DNA of 64,000 nucleotides from a virus. Lineage: Duplodnaviria; Caudoviricetes. Each line of letters opens with the position of its first letter. Within the stretch, counting starts at the first letter, position 1. Below the pieces are notes generated by a model. It was given only the letters and a program-made list of their open reading frames with translations. It was not told the origin of the DNA and ran no database searches. Location of the stretch: IMG/VR virus record IMGVR_UViG_3300010163_001518, positions 8,671-72,670 of that record, one strand, 5' to 3'. A program made the translations under genes and the position numbers. Below are positions 19,030 to 27,127 of this stretch, in pieces.

Positions 19030-19048
19030 TGTCTCAACCTCCCGCCCG

Positions 19049-20029
19049 TTAGAGCATCATGAGGCTCGAGGCTTGCTCGATCGTCTTGAGGGTGACGAGG
19101 TTCTCGCCCCTCTCCTCGAGGATGCGCTTGACGTTGGAGAGGGTACGGTCGAGGAGGCGGAAGCATCCAGTCTGCATATTACAGGCCCGGGCCTTGAGCT
19201 CGACCATGGCGTCGGGAGCGACCTCGAACTCGGAGACGTACTTCTCCACCTCCGAGGGTTCGAGCCCCTTGAGGGAGATGTAGAAGTCGACCCGGTTCGC
19301 CATGCGGGCGAGGTAGGTCTTGATCGCGGCCTCGAGCTTCGGCTCCCCGGCGATCACGACCCCGACGTCGCTCTGGTCGAAGATCGCCCGGAGTATCTCC
19401 ATCTTCTTCTGCGTGTACTTCGAGACGAGCTTGTCGGCCTCGTCGATAATGAGGAGGTAGCCCTTGTTCGTGTTGAAGAAGTCCCGGATGCCGTTGACCC
19501 TGCGCCAGATCGTCCCGTAGCCGCTCGGGATGCCGAGGGACTTCTCGATCGCCTCCACAAGATCGCGGCTGCTCATGGTGTCGTCACACTCGATATAGGC
19601 GACCCGGGGGAGCTTCGCGTAGTGCCGGAGGCTGTAGGTCTTCCCGTAGCCGCTCCGGGCGACCACGATGCCGAGGCCGATGTACTCTTGACAGGATTGA
19701 CACACGCCCAGGACGTTGACCGCGTCCCGCGTCTCGAGGAAGGAGGGCTTCCGCCCGGTCTTCCCGGGCCGCTCCGGGACGTCCACGGTCTCGCCCGTGC
19801 GCCGGGCCAGCCAGTCGGCGAGGAGGGCCTCGATGGTGGTGATGTCCCCCTCATACTTCCCCGCAAGATAGCGGGAGATCGTCGGGCGGGAGTAGCCGGG
19901 GATTTCGTTCGCGAGGGTGGCGATGCTCGTCCGCGTGGCGGCGAGGTATTCGTTGATCTGCTGGGCGAGAGGCTTGCCCTGGGTATAGGTGGCGGTCTGC
20001 TCCGCCGCTGCTGCTGTTCTGACTTCCAT
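19049..20029 (-). CDS. Transposition AAA+ ATPase (MuB-like)
   Basis: N-terminal HTH, ARSGYGKT Walker A, LLIIDEAD Walker B. Confidence 0.93.
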   Translation of the reverse strand: MEVRTAAAAEQTATYTQGKPLAQQINEYLAATRTSIATLANEIPGYSRPTISRYLAGKYEGDITTIEALLADWLARRTGETVDVPERPGKTGRKPSFLETRDAVNVLGVCQSCQEYIGLGIVVARSGYGKTYSLRHYAKLPRVAYIECDDTMSSRDLVEAIEKSLGIPSGYGTIWRRVNGIRDFFNTNKGYLLIIDEADKLVSKYTQKKMEILRAIFDQSDVGVVIAGEPKLEAAIKTYLARMANRVDFYISLKGLEPSEVEKYVSEFEVAPDAMVELKARACNMQTGCFRLLDRTLSNVKRILEERGENLVTLKTIEQASSLMML

Positions 20030-20039
20030 GATGTTCCTC

Positions 20040-22106
20040 CTATTCGTTCATGGCCCTCAAACGGGCGAGGGCGTCGTCTGCCTTCTTGCCGAGGAACTCG
20101 TCCCCGGACGCCTTCTTCTTGTGGGCCCGGCTTGTGGCCTCGGCCCTGTATTCCTTATCCAGCGGGAGCGAGATGCACTTCGAGGGCCGCTCGGCCTTGA
20201 TCGTCAAGTCGATCATGCCGACCGCCTCGGAGGGCCGTCCGCCCTCCTCCCCCCGGAGCTCATAGGGCCGCGTCATGCTGTCCAGTATCTCGCGCATTTC
20301 GCGCTCCTGCCGCTTCTGATCGCGGAGGTGCTTCTCAAGTGCCGCTTGCGAACAGTGGGGCCCGAAGGCCAGCAGCTCGGGGGAGACGGCCTCGCATATC
20401 TTCCGGCCCTCCTCGTCGAAGACGTAGAGCTTCGTCACGTCGTCGATGTCCCACTTCACGCCGACCGTCTTCCCGACGTAGTGCGAGAGCTCGTAGTCGG
20501 TGTAGACGGTGCCGAACTTGTTGATGCCGTAGTTGTAGACCCGGGCCGTCGCTGCCTTCATGAGCAGCATCGCGGCGTATTCCCTGGGCGGTGCGGCCTT
20601 CTCGTAGCGTTCGCCGTTCTCAAAGAGCTCGATCGGCGTGACCCACTTCTCGCCCGCATCCTTGAGGCCCCGGTGTTCCCGGGTGTGGTACTTTTCGTTC
20701 TTCCACTTCGTCCAAACCTCGAAGAACTCCTCCATCGTGAGCAGCTCCCCGCGCTCGAGCATGGCGTCGACGTCCTTCTGCCGCTTCGCGTAGGTCTTGG
20801 AGCCCGTGAGGGTTCCGACGTAGGACTCGAACCACTTCGAGAACTTGGAGCAGACCGTCCCGAAGAACCGCTCGATCGGTTTGTCCCACGGCTGATAGGG
20901 GAGCGACCGTCCGACCTCCTCGATGCCGATTGACTGATAGAAGCCCACGGTCTCGGCATCGAAGCTGAACTCGATGTTCCGCTTCTTCCGGCTCTGTCCC
21001 GTCATGGTCTGCGCCGTGTAGTCCTTGCCGTTGTCGACGTGGAGGATGTGGGGGACGCCGCCCGGGTGGGTGTAGATCATCTTGACGAGGCTCTCCTTCA
21101 AGGTCTGACTGTTGGCGTCTATACAAGCGACGTCGCCCACGATCGCCCGGCTCCTCATATCCAGCCACGCGACGAGCTTCGGGCGGACGGCCTTGATCTT
21201 GCCGTTCGGGGCCGTCCACTGTACCCAAAAATCGAAAGTGTGCTCGTCGCCGACGACGTACTCCATGACCTTGAGGCTCGTCGCATCCCGGCGTCCCTTG
21301 AGCATCATCTTGTTCTTCCACTCCCTCGAGCCGTTGGCGGCGAGGTAGCGGGCCGAGGCCGCGCCCCGGCTGTCCATGAGATACTTGACATACCGGGCGA
21401 CGGTCTTGATGCTCGGGAACTCCGCCCAGCCCCGGCCCTCTGCGATCTCCCCGAACTTCTCGTAGAGCATCTCGATCGTCCCGAGGTTGGCGGCGAAGCG
21501 GCGGTCGAACCATATATTCTCGATGACCGCCCGCTGCTCCGGCGTGAGGCTTGGGAAGGTGTCCTTCTCCCGGGGCTTCCTGCATAGGGACAGGGCCCGG
21601 AAGTAGTCCCGGTTCTGCCCGTCCTCCTTTTCCAGCTTGAGCGCCCAGGCGTTCGCCTTGAGGACGTTGTCGACGTAGCGGTAGAGGGTCGGGAGGCTCA
21701 CGCCCAGACCCAGCGCGTAGCGTTCGGCGTAGGCCGTGCGGTCGGGGCCGTCGTAGTCGATGAAGTCCTGGACGCGGGCCGCGAGCTCGACGGCCTCGTA
21801 GTATGCCTTCTTGTTCTGCTCGATGTAGTGATTGAGGTCGGCCCCGACATACCAGGGGGCCACGTCGGCTCTCTTGTCTATGATGACATCCCTCCCGTCT
21901 ACCTTCTGCGCGGCCTTCCACGCCTTGCGCCCCTTCGGGGAGAGGGAGGAGACGGAGATCATAACCTGATCTTTGCCGCCGCCCTCTCGGGGCTGTGTTT
22001 TGGTCTTGTATTGCTGCGGGTTGCGTTTCACGCGCTTTTGAAAAGTGTCGTATGCGACCCCCTCAAAGGTTGCGGCCTCCTCGAGACCGATGAACACGTC
22101 CGGCAC
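20040..22106 (-). CDS. DDE transposase (MuA-like)
   Basis: VGDEHTFD, HVDNGKDY, KPIERFF catalytic motifs; Mu-type C-terminal domain. Confidence 0.95.
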   Translation of the reverse strand: MPDVFIGLEEAATFEGVAYDTFQKRVKRNPQQYKTKTQPREGGGKDQVMISVSSLSPKGRKAWKAAQKVDGRDVIIDKRADVAPWYVGADLNHYIEQNKKAYYEAVELAARVQDFIDYDGPDRTAYAERYALGLGVSLPTLYRYVDNVLKANAWALKLEKEDGQNRDYFRALSLCRKPREKDTFPSLTPEQRAVIENIWFDRRFAANLGTIEMLYEKFGEIAEGRGWAEFPSIKTVARYVKYLMDSRGAASARYLAANGSREWKNKMMLKGRRDATSLKVMEYVVGDEHTFDFWVQWTAPNGKIKAVRPKLVAWLDMRSRAIVGDVACIDANSQTLKESLVKMIYTHPGGVPHILHVDNGKDYTAQTMTGQSRKKRNIEFSFDAETVGFYQSIGIEEVGRSLPYQPWDKPIERFFGTVCSKFSKWFESYVGTLTGSKTYAKRQKDVDAMLERGELLTMEEFFEVWTKWKNEKYHTREHRGLKDAGEKWVTPIELFENGERYEKAAPPREYAAMLLMKAATARVYNYGINKFGTVYTDYELSHYVGKTVGVKWDIDDVTKLYVFDEEGRKICEAVSPELLAFGPHCSQAALEKHLRDQKRQEREMREILDSMTRPYELRGEEGGRPSEAVGMIDLTIKAERPSKCISLPLDKEYRAEATSRAHKKKASGDEFLGKKADDALARLRAMNE

Positions 22107-22127
22107 CTCGCTCCCTCCTTTCTGCCG

Positions 22128-22352
22128 TTATGCTGCGATGGCCTTCTCGACCTTCCTCGGGTCGAGGGCGAGGGCTGCGACGATCGCCGGGAGGTACTTC
22201 TCGCCGGAGCGAACGCCGTAGAGGATATAGCTCAAATACTGCGGCGACGTCCCGATCGTGTCGGCGAGCTGCGTCTTCGTCATGTCCTGATCGGTGAGCG
22301 CCTTGACGACGAGCTTCCCGAACGGGGTGAGCTTTCCGCTCTTGCGGTTCAT
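22128..22352 (-). CDS. Ner-like HTH regulator
   Basis: 74 aa HTH immediately upstream of transposase. Confidence 0.75.
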   Translation of the reverse strand: MNRKSGKLTPFGKLVVKALTDQDMTKTQLADTIGTSPQYLSYILYGVRSGEKYLPAIVAALALDPRKVEKAIAA

Positions 22353-22387
22353 CGCTGTCCCTCCTTCCTGTGATCTGTTTCTTAGAG

Positions 22388-22804
22388 CTACTTCCGGGCC
22401 ACGGCTCGGGCGAGGGCGACGCCCACGCCCACGAGCGCCGTCGCCTGGACGACGGGGTCGGGGAAGTTCAGCAGCACGGCGGCGGCGGCGAAGCCCAGCG
22501 CCGCCACGGCGGCGAGCCCGAAGACGATTGCCCCGTCCAGCAGCACGTCGGCGAACTTGACCGCCCGGCCCTTGAGCTTGAGCACGGCCTCGGCCCGTTT
22601 CCGGCGCTCCTCATTCTCAAGTAAATTGAGAACGAAGTCCGCCGCCGCGAGGTCGGCCTCCACCTTCTCAAACTGCGCCTCCCGTCCCGGGCGGGCCCGC
22701 ATGGGAGCCCGGGGGTCGCCGACCGCCCGCTTCTGCCGGAGCAACTCGAGCCGGAGCGACTCGGCCCAGGCCCGGGCCTCCTTCGTGGTGACGGCCTTGT
22801 TCAT
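22388..22804 (-). CDS. Hypothetical protein with C-terminal TM segments
   Basis: 138 aa co-oriented ORF. Confidence 0.6.
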   Translation of the reverse strand: MNKAVTTKEARAWAESLRLELLRQKRAVGDPRAPMRARPGREAQFEKVEADLAAADFVLNLLENEERRKRAEAVLKLKGRAVKFADVLLDGAIVFGLAAVAALGFAAAAVLLNFPDPVVQATALVGVGVALARAVARK

Positions 22805-24693
22805 GTCTGCCCTCCTTTCTGCGCTTGTGAGAGCCTTTTCTTTGTTACGGCTATAGGGAACTCCTCGATCTCACTCGCCCATAGACAGGTTTCGGGGCCG
22901 TTGAGCCGCTCCCATATCAGAGGAAAGCCCCCTATCCCGTCGAACAGGCTCGCCAGCGTCGGCGGGCGTCTATAGTAAGCAGAGAGCCGTCTTAATATCC
23001 ACGTCCACGGCGGGAGCGCGATGGAGTTGCCCAGGGCCTTGTATCGGGTGGTGTCGGAGCATTCCCGGGGCTTGCCCTTGCTGTCCACCCATGGGCCGAT
23101 GTCTGTCCACCCATCCGGGAAGCCTTGGAGGCGCTCGCACTCTAAAGGTGTCAGCCGGCGGATGACATCGCTTGTCTCGGGATCGACGATGATGTTCGCC
23201 TTTGTTGAGTCTCCTCCGCACGGAGTCCGCAACGTCGCACCGATGTCGCTCTCGTTCCACCATCCTGCGCCTGTGTTTTGAAAGGCCATGACAACGGGCT
23301 GCTCGTGATTGCAGTTGAGCGTCGGGGCAAGCCCCCGCATGATTTCTGTGTTCGCTTGCCCGGTCGCCATGATGAGCGGCGTATAGTCTGACACGCGGCC
23401 CGCGTGATCTCCGACAAGAGTACAAACGGTCTTTCCGTCGCCGTTTCCCCGGGCGTCATAGACGGCGGGAGTCTGCGCCGTGCAAAGCGTCGGGGACTTC
23501 TCGACGGTGTAATCAATTCCCGCTCCGGCTCCGGCCTGCCATTTGAACGTGGCACACACGACGGGTTGATGCCCGTGCTCTTGGGCCCGAAGCGTCCCCG
23601 CAAGCTCTACACACACATCCATAAACCGCCCGCCTTGATCGTTCACGCAAAAGAGAGTTTGGTCGTTGCTGCATTGGAGCGTCCCAGAGAGCTCCTCTTG
23701 AATTAGAGCCCCTTTTCCTCCTCCCGAACATCCACCGCGGACTCTAACCGTGAGCGCTCGAGAAGGGCTCGCTCGAGCTCGGGTGGCATCGGCTTTCCCC
23801 TCCTCCGAGATCGCCGGAGTATCCCCTTGCAAGCTCTCGCGCTCAAAGAGTATTTCGGGTGCGGTGAGTCCTCCAAAATCCACGACAAGCGCGATTCGAC
23901 GGCGACGTTGGGGGACTCCCCAAAACTGTGCATCAAGAACTCTGTAGGCAAGAGACCACCCGTCTCCATAGTAGGCGTCTGCCAGGGGCCAGCGACCCCG
24001 GGGAGGTAGTGGAACGTCGGGCGCGTCCGGTTCTGCGATACGGATTGTCTCCTCGAGGACGGCCTTAAAGTCCTCTCCTTTGTTGCTTGTGAAGGCTCCG
24101 GGCACGTTCTCCCACACCATGAACCGGGGGCGGATTTCTTGCCCCGTTCTGCCTCGTTTGATGTCTGCATCTCTAAGCTCCTTTACCAGTCTGATCTGCT
24201 CCATAAACAGGCCAGAACGGGCCCCGGAGAGCCCTTCCCGCTTTCCCGCGATGGACAGGTCTTGGCAGGGGCTCCCGCCGATGACCGCATCCACGGGCGG
24301 GGCGGTATAGCCAGATATGGAGGTAATGTCTCCCAGGTGTTTCATGTCTTCCTCCTTTTCGTGATCGCCTGGGTCGATAGCATCGGCGAGTCGGCTGAAC
24401 TGCTCCTCATACTGCCAACGAAGGGCGGAGGCCAGGCTCTCCTGCGTCATCCCCTCCACGGGGCCGAGGTTGGTGTAGTAGCCATTCACGAAGATGGCCC
24501 CCGGGTCTGTGGCGAGGATGGTCTTGATTTCCCGAACGTCGGCGGGGTCAAAGATGAACTCGTTGTTTTTGTCGATGTCGGGCCAGAAACAAGCGGCCTC
24601 CCATCCGCGCCCCTCCTTGTAGAGGGCAATCCAGGCGATGCCGTCCCGAGCTTCCTCGAGAACTTCCCGGGCTGTAGTTCTAAGACTTGCCAT
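22801..24693 (-). CDS. Circularly permuted C5-cytosine DNA methyltransferase with fused N-terminal domain
   Basis: GSPCQDLS (IV), WENVPG (VI), PQRRRR (VIII), RRLTPLECERLQGFP, YKALGNS (X); SLFDGIGG (I) and ASEIE (II) at the C-terminus; RBS-preceded ATGs at 24693 and 24345. Confidence 0.9.
   Translation of the reverse strand: MASLRTTAREVLEEARDGIAWIALYKEGRGWEAACFWPDIDKNNEFIFDPADVREIKTILATDPGAIFVNGYYTNLGPVEGMTQESLASALRWQYEEQFSRLADAIDPGDHEKEEDMKHLGDITSISGYTAPPVDAVIGGSPCQDLSIAGKREGLSGARSGLFMEQIRLVKELRDADIKRGRTGQEIRPRFMVWENVPGAFTSNKGEDFKAVLEETIRIAEPDAPDVPLPPRGRWPLADAYYGDGWSLAYRVLDAQFWGVPQRRRRIALVVDFGGLTAPEILFERESLQGDTPAISEEGKADATRARASPSRALTVRVRGGCSGGGKGALIQEELSGTLQCSNDQTLFCVNDQGGRFMDVCVELAGTLRAQEHGHQPVVCATFKWQAGAGAGIDYTVEKSPTLCTAQTPAVYDARGNGDGKTVCTLVGDHAGRVSDYTPLIMATGQANTEIMRGLAPTLNCNHEQPVVMAFQNTGAGWWNESDIGATLRTPCGGDSTKANIIVDPETSDVIRRLTPLECERLQGFPDGWTDIGPWVDSKGKPRECSDTTRYKALGNSIALPPWTWILRRLSAYYRRPPTLASLFDGIGGFPLIWERLNGPETCLWASEIEEFPIAVTKKRLSQAQKGGQT
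23703..24170 (-). CDS. Nested out-of-frame ORF, putative MTase beta subunit (M.EcoHK31I-like arrangement)
   Basis: AAGGAG 7 nt before ATG; LSWILEDSPHPKYSLSARACKGILRR resembles the L.DILE..KY.LS segment of C5 MTases. Confidence 0.7.
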   Translation of the reverse strand: MQTSNEAERGKKSAPGSWCGRTCPEPSQATKERTLRPSSRRQSVSQNRTRPTFHYLPGVAGPWQTPTMETGGLLPTEFLMHSFGESPNVAVESRLSWILEDSPHPKYSLSARACKGILRRSRRRGKPMPPELERALLERSRLESAVDVREEEKGL

Positions 24694-24722
24694 TTGCTGC
24701 TGCTCCTTCCTGTTGTGTGGTG

Positions 24723-24887
24723 TCAACCGACCGAGGCCGGGACGACTCCGATCTTGTCGGTGTGTTTGTGGAGGATGACGAGCTCGCCGTTCTGCTTCTG
24801 CTTGATGACGAGCCAGTTCTCCGGGGCAAGGCCCGCCTTGCCGAGCCTGATCTTCTGCTTCCGCGTGGGCTTCTTGCCGTTTCTCAT
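24723..24887 (-). CDS. Small basic protein, first early gene
   Basis: AAGGAGG RBS; MRNGKKPTRKQKIRL...PENWLV. Confidence 0.7.
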   Translation of the reverse strand: MRNGKKPTRKQKIRLGKAGLAPENWLVIKQKQNGELVILHKHTDKIGVVPASVG

Positions 24888-24969
24888 GCTGTGCCTCCTT
24901 TTCTGCTTCCCTTTTTGGGTGGGGTGTGGTATGCTGTGCTTGCTTAAAATTTTAATCTCACCATAGCCT

Positions 24970-24998
24970 ATTATATTTAACAAGTGAGGAATTGTCAA
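24970..24998 (-). promoter_or_regulatory. Early lytic promoter (Pe-like)
   Basis: Perfect TTGACA-17-TATAAT on minus strand; inverted 15-bp boxes at 24977-24991 and 25006-25020. Confidence 0.8.
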
Positions 24999-25046
24999 TA
25001 GGTTTTTCCTCGATTGTTAAATTAAATTTCACAAAGGAGGATTTCT

Positions 25047-25550
25047 ATGGAAATTGTATTCTCGGATGTTGGATGCAGGATTGCGGGACGCATCAAAGAC
25101 CTCGGCCTCAAGCAGTTGGACATCTGCAATAAAACAGGGCTTTCGACCACGGCCTTGAGCCAATATTGCACGGGGAAAAGAGTCCCTGACACGGTATCGC
25201 TCTACAAAATCGCGACCGCCCTCGGCGTGTCGATGGAGTGGGTTTTAACGGGTGAGGATTTAACGGTCGAGGACGTGCGTGACGCCGCGCTCGATCTCGC
25301 CCAAATCAAAAAAGAACAGGGGCTCACCTGTGACGGGAGCCCCCTCGACAACATCGAAGCCGATCTTGTCGCCATGTTCCGGCTTCTGCCCCCGTCCCAT
25401 AGGGAGGAGGTGTTTGACCTCGTCTACTTCAAGTACAAGCGCCACATAGAAGGGGAAAAAGAGTCTATCTACTGGACGTATTCCGACGAGAGCAGCGACG
25501 AAGGAAGCGGCCCCGCCGAAGGCCATAAGACCCACGATGAGACCGCTTGA
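25047..25550 (+). CDS. Immunity repressor (XRE HTH, c-like)
   Basis: HTH in N-terminal half; divergent from early operon; AAGGAGG RBS. Confidence 0.85.
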   Translation: MEIVFSDVGCRIAGRIKDLGLKQLDICNKTGLSTTALSQYCTGKRVPDTVSLYKIATALGVSMEWVLTGEDLTVEDVRDAALDLAQIKKEQGLTCDGSPLDNIEADLVAMFRLLPPSHREEVFDLVYFKYKRHIEGEKESIYWTYSDESSDEGSGPAEGHKTHDETA

Positions 25551-25589
25551 TTTTTTGCGCCTGTATGATTAAAAGATAAATCATTTCAT

Positions 25590-25694
25590 TGTCCGATTGC
25601 TTGAAGCCCCTCGGCGAGCGTTGAGAGCCCCGAAACCGTTGAAAACAGGGCAATCGGACAATCGGACACGGAAACGATGAAAATGTCCGATTGC
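25590..25694. repeat. Four copies of CAATCGGACA (two per strand)
   Basis: 25590-25600 (rc), 25650-25660, 25659-25668, 25684-25694 (rc). Confidence 0.75.
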
Positions 25695-25875
25695 TCCGGG
25701 CCGATTTTCGGGCGCTCGGGGCCCGGCGTCGTGCCCGTATGCACGGCTCGAGTAACGGCTTGTAACGGCCCCGCCCGGCGCGATCGCGGTGATGGAGGCC
25801 CTCAAAACGGCCTCTTTTGGAGTGCCGCCGTTAATTCCTGCACGTTTTAACGCCCCGTTCGCACACCTCGCCCCC

Positions 25876-25904
25876 TTGCCTTTTTTGGGGGCGTCTGCTA
25901 TAAT
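25876..25904 (+). promoter_or_regulatory. Sigma70-type promoter of candidate sRNA
   Basis: TTGCCT-17-TATAAT. Confidence 0.65.
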
Positions 25905-25908
25905 TCGA

Positions 25909-26041
25909 CCATGGGCCGCGAAGCCCGTCCTCTTGCGTCTGCTGCTGCTGCTGACTTCCGGGACGGGTGGAGCGGCCCTCTTGCCGTTTAGGGCCCTGTT
26001 TTCAAGGCTTTCGCGGCTCCGTGGCCTCGCACACGTCCAGC
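25909..26041 (+). ncRNA. Candidate structured multi-target antisense RNA
   Basis: Basal stem 25909-25925/26006-26024, stems CCCGTCC/GGACGGG and GGCCCT/AGGGCC; loops complementary to early-gene start regions. Confidence 0.6.
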
Positions 26042-26085
26042 GCCGCCGACGCCGTCCTGGGCCTGTCCTGGGCTCCCGAGGGCAT

Positions 26086-26110
26086 GAAAAAAGGACGCCG
26101 ACCGCGTCGA
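26086..26110 (-). terminator. Minus-strand terminator inside Mu end
   Basis: GACGC-GGTCG-GCGTC hairpin followed by CTTTTTT on minus strand. Confidence 0.45.
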
Positions 26111-26124
26111 CGCCCCGTCTCAAG

Positions 26125-26946
26125 TTATTTGACAGAACGGGCCCCGCTCGCGGGCCTGTCCCGGTTGAAAATGTCCTGTTTCCCGTTGAAATAGCGGGTT
26201 TTCTCACCCGTTCCCGCCGTGTCTCGGTTTATCCCGTGTTTCTCAAATATCCTGTCCCCGTACAATTTCTCTTTTTTGAATCGGTCCAGCAGCGCCTCCT
26301 CGACGCGGTCGCCGTACTTCAGCCCCAGCAGGAATACCACCGCGCCCAGCACGCCGATGGCCGCCATGGCCCCCAGCGGCAGCTGGATGGCCGAACTGCC
26401 CACAGCACATGCCACCAGCAAGCCCCAGGGGCGGGTCAGGGCCGTGATGATCAGGAAGCGGCCGAATTTGATGTCCGTCAGCCCGGCCAGAATACAGATC
26501 AGGTCGTCCGGGAAAAAGGGGAACAGGAACACCAGGATCAGCAGTGTGTCCCGCTTCCGCCGAATCAGCTCCAAATACCGCTCCGACACCCGCCTGCCCA
26601 CCATCCGGTCGGCAAATTCCTGGCCCAGCACCCGGGCCAGAAGGAACACCACCGCCGACCCCAGCAGCACCGCCCCTGCCGTCAGAAGAAACGCGGGCCA
26701 CAGCCCGAACGCCACCGCTCCCGCCGCCGCCGTGATATTGCTGGGGATGGGGGCCACGATCACCGAGGCCAGCTGAACGATAAAGTAGATCAGGTGCGAG
26801 TAGGGGCTGAAGCGCTCAATGTAATCCCGCACCCCGTCCAGTGATGCGGCAGCTGCAAAAAAACCCGTCTGATACAGAAAAATCAGGCCGCCCCCGATCA
26901 GCGCCACCGCGGCCACCAGCGTTCCAACCCATTTTTTCTGTCTCAT
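26125..26946 (-). CDS. Host TVP38/TMEM64 (VTT/DedA) membrane protein, 3' end replaced by Mu DNA
   Basis: Multi-TM; PIPSNITAAAGAVAFG, LFPFFPDDLICILAGLT; sequence after ...RFKKEKL is read from the phage end. Confidence 0.85.
   Translation of the reverse strand: MRQKKWVGTLVAAVALIGGGLIFLYQTGFFAAAASLDGVRDYIERFSPYSHLIYFIVQLASVIVAPIPSNITAAAGAVAFGLWPAFLLTAGAVLLGSAVVFLLARVLGQEFADRMVGRRVSERYLELIRRKRDTLLILVFLFPFFPDDLICILAGLTDIKFGRFLIITALTRPWGLLVACAVGSSAIQLPLGAMAAIGVLGAVVFLLGLKYGDRVEEALLDRFKKEKLYGDRIFEKHGINRDTAGTGEKTRYFNGKQDIFNRDRPASGARSVK
26150..26264 (-). repeat. Mu c-end with putative transposase-binding repeats
   Basis: Terminal TGTA; recurring GGGACAGG and TTTCAAC(C)GGGA(A)ACAGG motifs. Confidence 0.65.
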
Positions 26947-27127
26947 TCCAGTCTCAGCGCCCTTTACATTTTCTTTTCATTAGGCTACCACATTCCCCCT
27001 GCGTTTACCATAAAGAAACCATTAAATTTTTCTTCCTTTTTACAAAAAACCAGCGCGCCCGCTGATCAAACGGGCGCGCTCAACGCACTTGCGTGCGGCA
27101 TGTTCAGAAAATATATGATATGAAAAT

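Larger units (their letters stand above)
1..26264 (-). mobile_element. Mu-like transposable prophage (c-end at 26264, other end outside window)
   Basis: Mu gene order c-ner-A-B-gam-gemA-mor-terminase-gp29 portal-F-I-T-gp36-G-sheath-tube-TMP; minus strand begins TGTA at 26264. Confidence 0.95.

Noticed and set aside
130-22560. Many long plus-strand ORFs over the Mu-like late and early operons
   Set aside because: Mirror frames of well-supported minus-strand phage genes.
22793-22801. Possible sRNA pairing with the start of gene 22388-22804 (GGCCCTGTT vs GGCCTTGTT)
   Set aside because: Only 8/9 with an internal mismatch and partly inside a stem; not distinguishable from chance.
25581-26207. 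ORFs 25581-26207 (-) and 25789-26844 (+) over the Mu end
   Set aside because: No RBS or motifs; the region is better explained by repeats, a promoter and a structured RNA.
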